Positions 9,462 to 19,781 of a stretch of 64,000 bases of DNA are shown one piece after another. The DNA lies in NCBI GenBank assembly GCA_049700655.1, contig JBNAUV010000001.1, positions 551 to 64,550 of the forward strand, given 5' to 3'. Made by a program: the position numbers and the translations under genes. The DNA is from Minisyncoccales bacterium (GTDB lineage Bacteria > Patescibacteriota > Minisyncoccia > Minisyncoccales > RBG-13-42-11). A model generated the notes under the pieces. The model saw only the letters and a list, made by a program, of their open reading frames with translations, made no database searches and was not told where the DNA came from. The first letter of the stretch is position 1. Each line of letters begins with the position of its first letter.

Positions 9462-10112
9462 ATGGCTCATAAAGTTCATCCCAAAGCGTTTCGTTTACAA
9501 AAATTAGAAAATTGGCTTTCACGCTGGTTTGAGAAGAGAAAATTAGCCGATTATTTGGAAGAAGATTTTATGATTAGAGAATTTTTAGAGAAAAAAATCG
9601 GCCAATTAGGCGTAGAAAAAATTGAAATTGAGCGATCGGCTAATAAAATAAACATAATTATTTCCACAGCCCGGCCCGGTTTGCTTATTGGTCGCAGCGG
9701 TCGGGGAGTTGAGGAATTAAAGAAACAATTAGTAAATCGAGTTATTAAGAAAGAGACAGGCGGACCAAAAGAAGTGAAAATTGAAATTAGAGAATTAAAA
9801 GATGTTTGGTCATCAGCTGTTTTATTAGCCAAACACATGGCTCAACAAATTGAAAAAAGGACGCCTTATCGTCGTGTTTTAAAACAAGCTTTGGCCAAAG
9901 CCATGTCATCAAAACAGGTAAAGGGTGTTCGAGTAGAAGTGGCTGGCCGACTGGATGGCAATGAAATCGCTCGTCGCGAATGGTTGCAAAAAGGCAGATT
10001 GCCGCGACAAACAATTCGAGCGGATATTGATTTTGCCCAAGCAACAGCTTATTGTAGCTATGGCACAGTTGGCGTAAAAGTTTGGATTTATAAGGGAGAA
10101 AAATTTGAATAA
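9462..10112 (+). CDS. rpsC: 30S ribosomal protein S3
   Basis: HKVHP, ARPGLLIG, GRLDGNEIAR, GVKVWIYKG. Confidence 0.98.
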   Translation: MAHKVHPKAFRLQKLENWLSRWFEKRKLADYLEEDFMIREFLEKKIGQLGVEKIEIERSANKINIIISTARPGLLIGRSGRGVEELKKQLVNRVIKKETGGPKEVKIEIRELKDVWSSAVLLAKHMAQQIEKRTPYRRVLKQALAKAMSSKQVKGVRVEVAGRLDGNEIARREWLQKGRLPRQTIRADIDFAQATAYCSYGTVGVKVWIYKGEKFE

Positions 10113-10139
10113 TTAAACAAAAATTAAAAATTAATTGTT

Positions 10140-10553
10140 ATGGCGATTTTAATGCCCAAAAAAGTAAAACACCGCAAATGGCAAAAAGGTCGTTCCAAAG
10201 GGAAAGAAACTCGTGGTAATTTTTTGGCTTTTGGCGCTTTTGGTTTAATGTCTTTAAGCACTCGCTGGATTTCGGCTCGTCAGATTGAAGCGGCCCGCAG
10301 GACAATTTTGCGATATTTGAAAAAAAAGGGTAAACTTTGGATTAGAATTTTTCCTGATAAACCAGTAACCCAAAAAGGAACCGAAGTGCCTATGGGTGGC
10401 GGCAAAGGTAGCGTTGATCATTATGTTTTTCCTATAAAACCGGGAAGAATTATTTTTGAATTAGATGGAGTAGAAGAGGAGGTAGCGCGGGAAGCCCTAG
10501 AAAAGGCCTCGGATAAACTGCCAATTAAGACAAAATTTATTAGAAGAAAATAA
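10140..10553 (+). CDS. rplP: 50S ribosomal protein L16
   Basis: [22 protein letters not shown]. Confidence 0.98.
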   Translation: MAILMPKKVKHRKWQKGRSKGKETRGNFLAFGAFGLMSLSTRWISARQIEAARRTILRYLKKKGKLWIRIFPDKPVTQKGTEVPMGGGKGSVDHYVFPIKPGRIIFELDGVEEEVAREALEKASDKLPIKTKFIRRK

Positions 10554-10574
10554 TTAATTAAATAATTTCTGTTT

Positions 10575-10787
10575 ATGAAAATAAAGATGACCGAATGGCG
10601 CAAAAAATCAAAAATAGAGTTGGAGAGAATATTAAAAGATAATAGAAAGAAATTGCAACAATTACGGTTTGATTTGGCTGCTGGAAAAGTGAAAAATGTA
10701 AAGGAGATTCGTTGGCTTAAGAAAGAAATTGCTCGAATTTTGACCTTGCTTAATGAATTGACAAAAAAAGAAAAAAATAAACAATAA
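10575..10787 (+). CDS. rpmC: 50S ribosomal protein L29
   Basis: LRF...KKEIARILT; synteny. Confidence 0.95.
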   Translation: MKIKMTEWRKKSKIELERILKDNRKKLQQLRFDLAAGKVKNVKEIRWLKKEIARILTLLNELTKKEKNKQ

Positions 10788-10791
10788 ATTT

Positions 10792-11022
10792 ATGAAGAAA
10801 AAATTAATCGGCACCATTGTTTCTAATAAAATGAATAAAACAGTTGTGGTTGAGGTAGAACGACTTAAGGAACATCCTAAATATAAAAAAAGATTTAAGG
10901 TGCATAAAAAATATCATGCTCATGTTGAAACCGGTGAATATCAGGTGGGCGATAGGGTTATTATTGAGGAATGTCGGCCATTAAGCAAAACAAAAAAGTG
11001 GCGGGTAATAAGTAAGGTTTAA
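10792..11022 (+). CDS. rpsQ: 30S ribosomal protein S17
   Basis: [28 protein letters not shown]. Confidence 0.97.
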   Translation: MKKKLIGTIVSNKMNKTVVVEVERLKEHPKYKKRFKVHKKYHAHVETGEYQVGDRVIIEECRPLSKTKKWRVISKV

Positions 11023-11031
11023 TTTTAAAAT

Positions 11032-11403
11032 ATGATTCAACCAAGAACAATGTTGAAAGTTATTGATAATACTGGCGCCAAGATCGTTCAGTGCATTCAT
11101 GTTTTGGGCGGCACGCGGCGACGCTGGGCGCAAATTGGCGATGTGATTGTGGCTGTAGTCAAGGAGGCTGAGCCGAGAAAAATTGTTAAAAAACACGAGG
11201 TTGTGAGGGCGTTAATTGTCCGCCAAAAAAGAAATTTTCGTCGCACTGATGGAACTTATATTCGGTTTGATGATAATGCAGTAGTGATTTTAGAAGGAAA
11301 AACAAAAGATCCCAAAGGTGGTCGAATCAGCGGTCCCATACCCAAAGAGATTAAAGAAAAAGGTTTTGATAAAGTGGCAGCTTTAGCCTCAGAATTAGTT
11401 TAA
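11032..11403 (+). CDS. rplN: 50S ribosomal protein L14
   Basis: DNTGAK, RFDDNAVV. Confidence 0.98.
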   Translation: MIQPRTMLKVIDNTGAKIVQCIHVLGGTRRRWAQIGDVIVAVVKEAEPRKIVKKHEVVRALIVRQKRNFRRTDGTYIRFDDNAVVILEGKTKDPKGGRISGPIPKEIKEKGFDKVAALASELV

Positions 11404-11415
11404 AAATTAATTTTT

Positions 11416-11721
11416 ATGAGAATTAGAAAAGGAGATATTGTTTTAATAATTAAAGGAAAAGATCGGGGTAAAAAAGGCAAGGTTTTACAAGTTTTTCCGC
11501 GAGAAAATAGAATCATGGTTGAGGGTGTTAATTTAAGGAAAAAACATCAACGGCCGCGCCGGGCAGGCGAGAAAGGGCAGATTATTATTCTGCCGGGTCG
11601 TTTTTCAGCCAGCAATGTTAAACTTATTTGTTCTAAATGCGGTCAAGCCACTCGAGTGGGATATAAAATTGAAGGAGAAAAGAAATTTAGAATTTGCAAG
11701 AAATGCCATCAAGAAACATAA
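11416..11721 (+). CDS. rplX: 50S ribosomal protein L24 (C-terminal CxxC..CxxC)
   Basis: KGDIVLIIKGKDRGKKG, VEGVN, SNV. Confidence 0.97.
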   Translation: MRIRKGDIVLIIKGKDRGKKGKVLQVFPRENRIMVEGVNLRKKHQRPRRAGEKGQIIILPGRFSASNVKLICSKCGQATRVGYKIEGEKKFRICKKCHQET

Positions 11722-11745
11722 TTTATTAAAGAAAAGACAAATAAT

Positions 11746-12303
11746 ATGTTACGTTTACAAGAAAAATATCAAAAAGAAGCAGTGCCAGCCATGATGAAAA
11801 AATTTGGCTATAAAAGCGTAATGGCTGTGCCGAAGTTAGTCAAAGTGGTTGTTAATACAGGTTATGGCAAGCAAATAGTTGATAAAACTGGCGAAGAGCA
11901 AAAAAAAATTATCAATGCTATTTTAGAAGATTTAAGTTTAATTTGTGGACAGAGAGCGATAAAGACATTTGCCCGGAAGTCAATTTCAGGTTTTAAGGTC
12001 AGACAAGGTATGCCGATTGGCGCTAAAGTAACTTTGCGCCGAAAAAAAATGATGGATTTTTTAGATAAATTAATTCATTTGGTTTTGCCGCGCACCAGGG
12101 ATTTCTGGGGTATTCCTGAGAAATCAGTTGATCGTCGGAGTTTGACTATTGCCATTAAAGAACATATTGCTTTTCCTGAGGTTTCACCAGAAAAAGTACG
12201 GAGCATTTTTGGTTTAGAAGTAACTGTAATGACCAACGCCAAAACAAGAGAAGAAGCATTAGAATTATTTAAATTATTGGGATTTCCCATTAAAAGTTCA
12301 TAA
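11746..12303 (+). CDS. rplE: 50S ribosomal protein L5
   Basis: [24 protein letters not shown]. Confidence 0.97.
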   Translation: MLRLQEKYQKEAVPAMMKKFGYKSVMAVPKLVKVVVNTGYGKQIVDKTGEEQKKIINAILEDLSLICGQRAIKTFARKSISGFKVRQGMPIGAKVTLRRKKMMDFLDKLIHLVLPRTRDFWGIPEKSVDRRSLTIAIKEHIAFPEVSPEKVRSIFGLEVTVMTNAKTREEALELFKLLGFPIKSS

Positions 12304-12307
12304 ATCT

Positions 12308-12493
12308 ATGGCCACCCAAGCTCAAATAGCCAAAGCCAAAAAGAAACCAAAATTTAAAAGTCGAATTATTAGACGTTGTTTTAGGTGCGGCCGAAAGAGA
12401 GGTTATTTGCGAAAATTTGGTTTATGCCGCATTTGTTTTCGGGAAATGGCTAATCAGGGGTTGATACCTGGAGTAAAAAAATCAAGCTGGTAA
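12308..12493 (+). CDS. rpsN: 30S ribosomal protein S14, zinc-binding type
   Basis: [26 protein letters not shown]. Confidence 0.97.
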   Translation: MATQAQIAKAKKKPKFKSRIIRRCFRCGRKRGYLRKFGLCRICFREMANQGLIPGVKKSSW

Positions 12494-12501
12494 AACTATT
12501 T

Positions 12502-12529
12502 AAAAATTAAAAATTTAAAATTAAAAATT
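12502..12529 (+). repeat. Four NAAAATT heptamers between rpsN and rpsH
   Basis: aaaaatt aaaaatt taaaatt aaaaatt. Confidence 0.65.
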
Positions 12530-12535
12530 AATCTT

Positions 12536-12922
12536 ATGGATCCAATTGCTGATATGTTAACTGCTATAAGAAATGCTTTAGCTGTGGGAAAACCAACAGT
12601 GGTGGTTCCTTTTTCTAAAATAAAATATGAAATAACCCAAATTTTAACTCGTGAAGGATTTATTGAGAAAGCGATTAAACACGATAGAAAAACAAAAAAA
12701 ACAATAGAGATTTATTTGAAATATAAAGATAAGGTGCCGGTTATCTCAGGATTGAAGAAAGTTTCTAAACCAGGGCAAAGAATTTATTTGCCAGCCCGTA
12801 AAATAAAAAGAGTTAAAAGCGGGTATGGCTTGGCTGTTATTTCTACTTCTCAAGGATTAATGACTGACAGAGAGGCAAGAAAACAAAATTTAGGCGGCGA
12901 AATAATAGCTGAAATTTGGTAA
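12536..12922 (+). CDS. rpsH: 30S ribosomal protein S8
   Basis: DPIADMLTAIRNA, SKPGQRIY, STSQG. Confidence 0.98.
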   Translation: MDPIADMLTAIRNALAVGKPTVVVPFSKIKYEITQILTREGFIEKAIKHDRKTKKTIEIYLKYKDKVPVISGLKKVSKPGQRIYLPARKIKRVKSGYGLAVISTSQGLMTDREARKQNLGGEIIAEIW

Positions 12923-12931
12923 TTTAAATTT

Positions 12932-13522
12932 ATGAGTCGTGTAGGCAAAAAACCAATTTTAATACCAGCCGGAGTTGAAGTAAAAATTGACGGACAAAAA
13001 GTTGTAGTTAAAGGTCCGCGGGGCGAACTTTTTAAAATAATTCATCCAGAAATTAGAGTTGAAACAAAAGATAATCAAATTTTTACTTCATCCCTTTTAG
13101 ATTTAACCAAAGGAAAAGACAATAAAACATTAACCGGTCGTCAAATTAAGAAAATTAAAGCTCTTTGGGGTTTGTCGCGTGTTTTGATTGCCAATATGAT
13201 TAAAGGTGTAACCGAGGGTTTTGAGAAAAAATTAGAAATTAGCGGCATTGGCTTCAAAGCAGAAGTTAGTGGCAATGAATTAATTTTATCAGTTGGTTTT
13301 AGTCACCCAATTAAATTAAAAATCCCGGCTGGCTTACAAGTTTCGGTGGTCAAAAATATTATTACAGTGAGTGGAGTTGATAAAGAATTAGTGGGCCAGT
13401 TTGCGGCAGTGGTGAGAAAGGTAAAATTAGCCGAACCCTATAAGGGTAAAGGCATAAAATATGTGGGTGAAGTGATTCGGCGAAAGGTTGGCAAAAAAGC
13501 AGCTGCGGTTGCTGGTAAATAA
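12932..13522 (+). CDS. rplF: 50S ribosomal protein L6
   Basis: MSRVGKKPI, GFSHP, EPYKGKGI. Confidence 0.98.
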   Translation: MSRVGKKPILIPAGVEVKIDGQKVVVKGPRGELFKIIHPEIRVETKDNQIFTSSLLDLTKGKDNKTLTGRQIKKIKALWGLSRVLIANMIKGVTEGFEKKLEISGIGFKAEVSGNELILSVGFSHPIKLKIPAGLQVSVVKNIITVSGVDKELVGQFAAVVRKVKLAEPYKGKGIKYVGEVIRRKVGKKAAAVAGK

Positions 13523-13532
13523 TTAAAATATT

Positions 13533-13880
13533 ATGTTAGAAAAACAAGAAAAAAGATACCGTCGCCATAAAAGAATAAGAGCCAAAGTTTTTGGCACAAC
13601 TGCTCGACCACGACTTTGCGTTTTTAGGTCATCTAAACATATTTATGCGCAGTTAATCAATGATGAAGAAGGTAAAGTATTGGCCGCGGCCAGCGATAAT
13701 GAAATTAAGAAAAAAATTAAAGGAAAGATTAAAATAGCCGAGGAGGTAGGTCATTTGATTGCTCAAAAGGCGCAAAAATTAAAGATTGCAAAAGTAGTTT
13801 TCGATCGCGGCGGTTATCAATATCATGGTCGAGTAAAAGCTTTGGCTGAGGGAGCCAGGCAAGAAGGATTAAAGTTTTAA
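13533..13880 (+). CDS. rplR: 50S ribosomal protein L18
   Basis: [23 protein letters not shown]. Confidence 0.98.
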   Translation: MLEKQEKRYRRHKRIRAKVFGTTARPRLCVFRSSKHIYAQLINDEEGKVLAAASDNEIKKKIKGKIKIAEEVGHLIAQKAQKLKIAKVVFDRGGYQYHGRVKALAEGARQEGLKF

Positions 13881-13894
13881 ATGATATATTATTT

Positions 13895-14371
13895 ATGGCT
13901 ACTAATCATCAACCAAAACCAGCCATAGAGAAAAAAGAAGAATTTGAATCAAAACTTTTAGACCTAACCAGAGTTACCCGAGTTACTGCTGGCGGCAAAC
14001 ATTTACGTTTTCGGGCAGTCGTGGTGGTGGGTAATAAACAGGGCAAGGTGGGTGTTGGCGTGGCCAAAGGATTAGATGTTGCCCAAGCGGTTGAAAAAGC
14101 GGATCGTTTAGCCAGAAAGAATTTAATAACAGTTGCTTTAAAAAATGAAACAATTCCTCATGAGGTTTACGCTAAAGTCGGTGCGGCTGAAGTAGTTTTA
14201 AAACCGCAAAAAAGAGGCAAAGGATTAGTGGCTGGCGGAGCGGTGAGAACTATTTGTTTATTGGCTGGTATAAAAGATGTTTCTTCAAAAATTTTAGGCC
14301 GGACGAAAAATAAATTAAACAATGCGTGGGCAACCATCGCCGCGCTTAAGAAATTAAAAACAAAAGGCTAA
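13895..14371 (+). CDS. rpsE: 30S ribosomal protein S5
   Basis: RVTRVTAGG, VVVGN, GLVAGG. Confidence 0.97.
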   Translation: MATNHQPKPAIEKKEEFESKLLDLTRVTRVTAGGKHLRFRAVVVVGNKQGKVGVGVAKGLDVAQAVEKADRLARKNLITVALKNETIPHEVYAKVGAAEVVLKPQKRGKGLVAGGAVRTICLLAGIKDVSSKILGRTKNKLNNAWATIAALKKLKTKG

Positions 14372-14380
14372 TTTTGTTAT

Positions 14381-14818
14381 ATGCAACTACATGAAATAAA
14401 ACCTAAACATTATTTTAAAAAGCGCCGCCGGCGCGGCCGTGGCGGTAAACGTGGGACATATTCTGGTCGGGGAATTAAGGGCCAGAAGGCTAGGGCTGGG
14501 AGAAAATTAAAGCCAATTATTCGAGAGTTAATTAAGCGTTACCCAAAATTAAGGGGATATCGACAAAAATCAAATATAAAGAAACAGAAAATAATTGCTC
14601 TTAATTTAGATCTTTTAGAAAATAACTTTAAAGAAGGCGAAATTGTTAATCCGCAAATTTTATTAGAAAAGGGTTTGATTAAAGAAATAAAAGGCAAAAC
14701 ACCATTGGTAAAAATTTTGAGCCGCGGCGAAATAAAAAAAGCTCTAACAATTGAAAATTGTTTGTTTTCTCAAAAAGCCAAAGAAAAATTGGAAAAAGCC
14801 GGCAGTGTGATAAAATAA
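14381..14818 (+). CDS. rplO: 50S ribosomal protein L15
   Basis: GRGGKRGTYSGRGIKGQKARAG. Confidence 0.95.
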   Translation: MQLHEIKPKHYFKKRRRRGRGGKRGTYSGRGIKGQKARAGRKLKPIIRELIKRYPKLRGYRQKSNIKKQKIIALNLDLLENNFKEGEIVNPQILLEKGLIKEIKGKTPLVKILSRGEIKKALTIENCLFSQKAKEKLEKAGSVIK

Positions 14819-14830
14819 AATTGAGAATTT

Positions 14831-16108
14831 ATGTGGTACGAGAAAGTTGTTCAAATATTCAAAATTCCTGATCTAAGAAAAAAAATTCTTTTTACCTTAG
14901 GGGTTTTGGCTATTTTTAGATTAATGGCTAATTTGCCCATTCCGGGCATTTCTTCAACCAAGATGAGAGAATTTTTTGAGAGCGCCCAGATATTTGGTCT
15001 TTTAGATTTATTTAGTGGTGGCGCTTTAGACAAGCTTTCTTTAGCCATGTTGGGCTTGGGCCCTTATATTACAGCCACGATTATTATGCAGTTATTAACC
15101 ATGATTTTTCCCTCTTTGGAGAAGTTGTATAAAGAAGAAGGAGAGCAGGGTAGACGAAAATTTAATCAATATAGTAGAATTCTCACCGTGCCCCTGGCTT
15201 TTTTGCAGGCCTATAGTATGTTAATGTTATTGCAGCGTCAAGGAATTATTGAGTCCCTTTCCTGGAGTTTGGTTTTAACCTCATCTTTAACTATTACCAC
15301 AAGCGTCATGATTTTAATGTGGTTGGGCGAGTTGATTTCAGAAAAAGGTATTGGCAACGGCGTTTCTCTGTTGATTTTTGCCGGTATTGTGGCCGGCGTG
15401 CCGGTTCAAATTAGACAAATAATTTTAACCTGGGACCAATCTCTTTTGCCTTCTTATTTAGCCTTTTTTGCTTTGTCTTTTTTTATTATCGCTGGCGTAG
15501 TCTTGGTTAATGAGGGTCGGCGTAATATTCCAGTTTCTTACGCTAAAAGAGTGAGAGGCACTAAAATTTATGGCGGCGTTTCTACTTATCTTCCTTTAAA
15601 TGTTAATCCGGCTGGCGTTATTCCTATTATTTTTGCTATGTCAATTTTGCTCTTTCCCGGAATGATCGCCAATTTTTTGACAGGAACTAGTGGTTTGGTT
15701 GGCGTTATTGCTTTGGCGTTAAAACGATTTTTTGAAAATGCTTGGGTTTATAATAGTTTATATTTTGTTTTAATCATTTTATTTACTTATTTTTATACTG
15801 CTGTCACCTTTGACCCCAAAGCCATTGCGACTAATTTGCAAAAAATGGGTGGTTTTGTTCCGGGCATTAGACCGGGCGAAAACACTGCCAAATTTATGCA
15901 TTATATTTTAAATCGAGTCCTTTTAATTGGCGCTATTTTTTTAGGTTTTATTGCTGTGACACCGTCAATTATTGGCAGTTTAACCGGTGTAACCGTTTTT
16001 AGGTTCTTAATTGGCGGTACAGCTTTATTGATTGTGGTTTCTGTGGTTTTGGATTTAGTTCGCCAAATTAAAGCGCAATTACAGATGAGAGAATATGAAA
16101 TATTCTAA
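14831..16108 (+). CDS. secY: Preprotein translocase SecY
   Basis: LGLGPYITA, GIGNGVSL, AGVIPIIFA, PGIRPG, GGTALLI. Confidence 0.98.
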   Translation: MWYEKVVQIFKIPDLRKKILFTLGVLAIFRLMANLPIPGISSTKMREFFESAQIFGLLDLFSGGALDKLSLAMLGLGPYITATIIMQLLTMIFPSLEKLYKEEGEQGRRKFNQYSRILTVPLAFLQAYSMLMLLQRQGIIESLSWSLVLTSSLTITTSVMILMWLGELISEKGIGNGVSLLIFAGIVAGVPVQIRQIILTWDQSLLPSYLAFFALSFFIIAGVVLVNEGRRNIPVSYAKRVRGTKIYGGVSTYLPLNVNPAGVIPIIFAMSILLFPGMIANFLTGTSGLVGVIALALKRFFENAWVYNSLYFVLIILFTYFYTAVTFDPKAIATNLQKMGGFVPGIRPGENTAKFMHYILNRVLLIGAIFLGFIAVTPSIIGSLTGVTVFRFLIGGTALLIVVSVVLDLVRQIKAQLQMREYEIF

Positions 16109-16766
16109 AAAACCAAGGGTTATCATTTTACTTGGCCGACCTGGTTCCGGCAAGGGCACTCAGGCAAGATTGCTTTGTCAAAAATTTAATTTGATCTATT
16201 TTGGCGCCGGCGATGCTTTAAGGGCGCGCCAGAAAAAAGGCGATTTTACCGCAAAAAAATTAATTAAAGTGATGAATCAGGGCAAGTTGGTGCCGCGTTT
16301 TGTCATTGCCAAACTTTGGATAGACAAAATGGAAGAATTTAAAAAACAAAAAAATTTTCGCGGCTTTATTTGCGATGGCAGTCCACGTATTTTGACGGAA
16401 GCCGAACTTTTTGACGAGGCCTTGGCTTGGTATGAATGGGACAAAAGAACAAAAGTTTTTTTAATTGATATTTCGGCCCGCGAGGCGATTGAACGTTTAA
16501 CCAAAAGAAGACAGTGTCAAAGATGTAAAAAAATAATTCCTTGGATTGGCGAATTTAAAAAATTGGAAAGATGCGATGAATGCCATGGAAAATTAGTGGT
16601 GCGGCCAGATGATAAAATAGGCGCCATTAAAAGCAGGTTGGCCGAATTTCAGGATAAAGTAATGAAAGTAGTTAGATATTATCAAAAACAAAATAAACTC
16701 ATTAAAATTAACGGAGAACAAAGCATTGAGGGGGTTTTTAAGGATATTTTGCAGTATTTAAGATAA
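16095..16766 (+). CDS. adk: Adenylate kinase family NMP kinase with zinc lid
   Basis: GRPGSGKGTQA P-loop, CQRC..CDEC lid, RPDD; directly after secY. Confidence 0.88.
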   Translation: MKYSKKPRVIILLGRPGSGKGTQARLLCQKFNLIYFGAGDALRARQKKGDFTAKKLIKVMNQGKLVPRFVIAKLWIDKMEEFKKQKNFRGFICDGSPRILTEAELFDEALAWYEWDKRTKVFLIDISAREAIERLTKRRQCQRCKKIIPWIGEFKKLERCDECHGKLVVRPDDKIGAIKSRLAEFQDKVMKVVRYYQKQNKLIKINGEQSIEGVFKDILQYLR

Positions 16767-16821
16767 TTAATAATTAACCAGACAGAGATAAAAACTCGGC
16801 TAAATTTTTATTTATGAATTT

Positions 16822-17574
16822 ATGATAAAAATAAAATCGCCAGACGAAATTAAGATAATGGCTGAGGGCGGTAAGATTTTAGCTAAAATTATAAAAAAAT
16901 TATCTGATCAAATAAAGCCAGGTATCACCACTCAACAATTAAATGATTTGGCTGAAGAATTAATTTTACAATCAGGTGGCCAGTGTTCGTTTAAGGGATA
17001 TCAAAATTATCCTGCCTGTCTTTGTGTTTCAATTAATGAAGAAATTGTTCATAGCCTGCCAGGTCCGCGGCCAATCAAAGAGGGCGATCTTGTTTCTCTG
17101 GATTTGGGAATTTTTTATCGCGGTTATCATACTGATATGGCTATAACAAGACCAGTTGGCCGTGTTAGTCAGAGGGCCTTAAAATTAATTCGGGTAACTA
17201 AAACAGCCTTAAAACGAGGAATTAAAGAAATAAAACCCGGGGCTTATTTGGGTGATGTTGGTCAGGCCATTCAAAATTATGTAGAAAGCCAGGGATTTAA
17301 TGTGGTCAGAGAGCTTTGCGGTCATGGCATTGGCTGCAAATTACATGAGGACCCGCAGGTTTTAAATTATGGAGCAAGAGGAACAGGCCAACAATTGAAA
17401 GAAGGTATGGTTTTATGTTTAGAGCCAATGGTCACTATGGCTGATTGGCGAATAAAAAAAAGCGAGGATGGTTATGGTTTTAAGACAATTGATAATTCTT
17501 TGTCTTGCCATTTTGAGCAGACAGTGGCGGTAACAAAAAAAGGTTGTCAGATTTTGACACCATTTAATTTTTAA
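16822..17574 (+). CDS. map: Methionine aminopeptidase type I
   Basis: SLDLG, HTDMA, GHGIG..LHEDP, LEPM, HFEQT. Confidence 0.97.
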   Translation: MIKIKSPDEIKIMAEGGKILAKIIKKLSDQIKPGITTQQLNDLAEELILQSGGQCSFKGYQNYPACLCVSINEEIVHSLPGPRPIKEGDLVSLDLGIFYRGYHTDMAITRPVGRVSQRALKLIRVTKTALKRGIKEIKPGAYLGDVGQAIQNYVESQGFNVVRELCGHGIGCKLHEDPQVLNYGARGTGQQLKEGMVLCLEPMVTMADWRIKKSEDGYGFKTIDNSLSCHFEQTVAVTKKGCQILTPFNF

Positions 17575-17600
17575 AAAAATTTATGGTATAATTTTAAAAT

Positions 17601-18329
17601 ATGCGTCTATCAGTTATTATTCCGGCTTATAATGAAGCCAAAAGAATTAGCCAAACATTAAAATCAATAAATGATTATTTAACTCGGCAATCTTATACTT
17701 ATGAGATTTTAGTGGTAGATAATGGATCGACCGATGAGACGCCAGTTTTAGTAGAAGAATTAAAATCAGCAATTAAGAATCTGAAATTAATTAAAGGAAA
17801 ACAGGGTCGAGGCAAAGGGTTTGCTGTTAGAGAGGGTATGTTAAACGCGCGGGGCGATTTTCGGGTTTTTACTGATGCTGACAATTCAACTCCTCTTGAT
17901 CAAGTTGAGAAAATGTGGCCCGAATTTGAAAGGGGCTATGAGGTAGTAATTGGTTCACGCGATGTTCAGGGCGCTGTCTTGGATCCGCCTCAACCGTGGT
18001 GGCGCAAATTAATTTTAGGCGAAGGTTTTAAGCTTTATCGTAAATTAATTATTGGTTTGTGGCCAATTAAAGATACACAATGCGGTTTTAAAGGTTTTAC
18101 AAAAAAAGCAGCTGAGGATATTTTTCCTCTTTGCCGGATTGATCATTTTGCTTTTGATCCAGAGGTTTTGATTATTGCTCAAAAATTAGGTTATAAAATT
18201 AAAGAAATACCTATTTATTGGAAAAACGATCCCAATAGTACAGTTAAATTTAATTCAATATTCAAAATGGCCATTGATTTAATTAAGATAAGAATTAATT
18301 TAATTAAAGGAAGATATGAGCGAAAATAA
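17601..18329 (+). CDS. GT2 glycosyltransferase, dolichyl/polyprenyl-phosphate glucosyltransferase-like
   Basis: IIPAYNE, VVDNGSTD, GKGFAVREG, DAD, DTQCGFK, FAFDPE. Confidence 0.9.
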   Translation: MRLSVIIPAYNEAKRISQTLKSINDYLTRQSYTYEILVVDNGSTDETPVLVEELKSAIKNLKLIKGKQGRGKGFAVREGMLNARGDFRVFTDADNSTPLDQVEKMWPEFERGYEVVIGSRDVQGAVLDPPQPWWRKLILGEGFKLYRKLIIGLWPIKDTQCGFKGFTKKAAEDIFPLCRIDHFAFDPEVLIIAQKLGYKIKEIPIYWKNDPNSTVKFNSIFKMAIDLIKIRINLIKGRYERK

Positions 18330-19356
18330 AAAGAATATCAAAAAATTTCCTTCAGAATTGCGTTTTGACTTAATTTCTGGAGATTGGGTGGTGATTGCCA
18401 CTGGTCGGGCGCGGCGACCAGAAATGTTTAAGAAACGAAAAGAAACCGAAGAAGTTTTACCGCCTGAATTATGCCCATTTTGTCAAATGGCGAGACAAAA
18501 AAAACCAGTGCTAATTTTTGCCCAGGGTAAAAAATTACCACCCCAAAGCAAATTACCGCAAAATTGGACCACAGTTGTTATCCCCAATAAATATCCAGCG
18601 TTTATTCCTAGCCAGAAGATTGTTAAAAAAAAGGAAGGTCCTTTTTATGAAATAATTCAAGCCACTGGGTTTCATGAAGTAGTAATTACTCGTGATCATT
18701 GGCGCTCTTTGGCTTTATTTAAAGTAGAGGAAGTGAAAGAAATTATTGATGTTTATCATGATCGTTTCCAAAATTTAATGAACAAAAAATTTGTCAATTA
18801 TATTTCTATTTTTCATAATCATAAAGCCGAGGCAGGCGCTTCAATTTTTCATCCACATTCACAAATCATTACCACACCATTAATTGATGTTGATTTAAAT
18901 AAGGCAATTGTTAATGCTGATAGATATTATCAAAAAACAAAAAAATGTCTTTATTGCGAAGTGGGCAAATGGGAGATGAAAGTTAAAAAAAGGATTATTT
19001 TTGAAAATAAACATTTTTTTGCGCTTTGTCCTTTTGCCTCTAAATCAGCCTTTGAAATGATTATTTCGCCAAAAAAACACCTTTCTTATTTTCAGGAAAT
19101 TACTGAAGAAGAAAAATGGTCTTTGGCCGAAGCTTTTCAGATAGTGCTTTATAAGCTATACAAGGGTTTAGCCGATCCAGCTTATAATTTTTATTTACAT
19201 ACTGCTCCGACAGTTGGTAAATTTTACCCCCAATATCATTGGCACTGGACAATTTTGCCCAAGACAGCTGTTTGGGCTGGTTTTGAAATTGGCACTGGTA
19301 TGGAAATTTCCACCATTGAACCAGAAAAAGCTGCCGCTTATTTAAGAAAACAATAA
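18316..19356 (+). CDS. galT: Galactose-1-phosphate uridylyltransferase family protein
   Basis: R..RP, CPFC, NKYPA, HEVVI, AGASIFHPHSQI (HPH), YHWH, AGFE. Confidence 0.85.
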   Translation: MSENKKNIKKFPSELRFDLISGDWVVIATGRARRPEMFKKRKETEEVLPPELCPFCQMARQKKPVLIFAQGKKLPPQSKLPQNWTTVVIPNKYPAFIPSQKIVKKKEGPFYEIIQATGFHEVVITRDHWRSLALFKVEEVKEIIDVYHDRFQNLMNKKFVNYISIFHNHKAEAGASIFHPHSQIITTPLIDVDLNKAIVNADRYYQKTKKCLYCEVGKWEMKVKKRIIFENKHFFALCPFASKSAFEMIISPKKHLSYFQEITEEEKWSLAEAFQIVLYKLYKGLADPAYNFYLHTAPTVGKFYPQYHWHWTILPKTAVWAGFEIGTGMEISTIEPEKAAAYLRKQ

Positions 19357-19370
19357 TTCTTCATGGTAAT

Positions 19371-19401
19371 AAAAAAACCCCAACTTGAAGTCGGGGTTTT
19401 T
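19371..19401. terminator. Bidirectional intrinsic terminator
   Basis: A7-CCCC...GGGG-T5 hairpin between convergent genes. Confidence 0.75.
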
Positions 19402-19412
19402 AATTTTTGTTA

Positions 19413-19781
19413 TTAACAATATTTTTCATTGATAATTTCTATTAACAAACCCAAATCAAAGGGTTTGTTTAGCATTTTAACGCCATAATTTTCATATTTT
19501 TTCTTTAAAGAATCTGAAGTATCACCAGTAGTGGAAAAGACCTTGATTTGACCCTGTTGAATTTGATCTTTAAGTAATTCTACAACTTGCCATCCTTCAT
19601 TGCCTTGGTTGCCAAAACTGTGGTCAAGAAAAAGTACATCAGGCTGATGGATTTCAATTGCTTTTAAGGCTTCTTCTATATTATGGCATTCAGCAAAACA
19701 GACATTAGGGTATCTTTTTAAACACCGAGCCATGGTGTTTAAAAAATTTTTTTCATCATCAATAAATAAGAACTTTTTCAT
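19413..19781 (-). CDS. Stand-alone response regulator receiver (CheY-like) protein
   Basis: FIDDE, PDVLFLD phosphoacceptor, ST, KPF; AAAGGAGG SD upstream. Confidence 0.88.
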   Translation of the reverse strand: MKKFLFIDDEKNFLNTMARCLKRYPNVCFAECHNIEEALKAIEIHQPDVLFLDHSFGNQGNEGWQVVELLKDQIQQGQIKVFSTTGDTSDSLKKKYENYGVKMLNKPFDLGLLIEIINEKYC

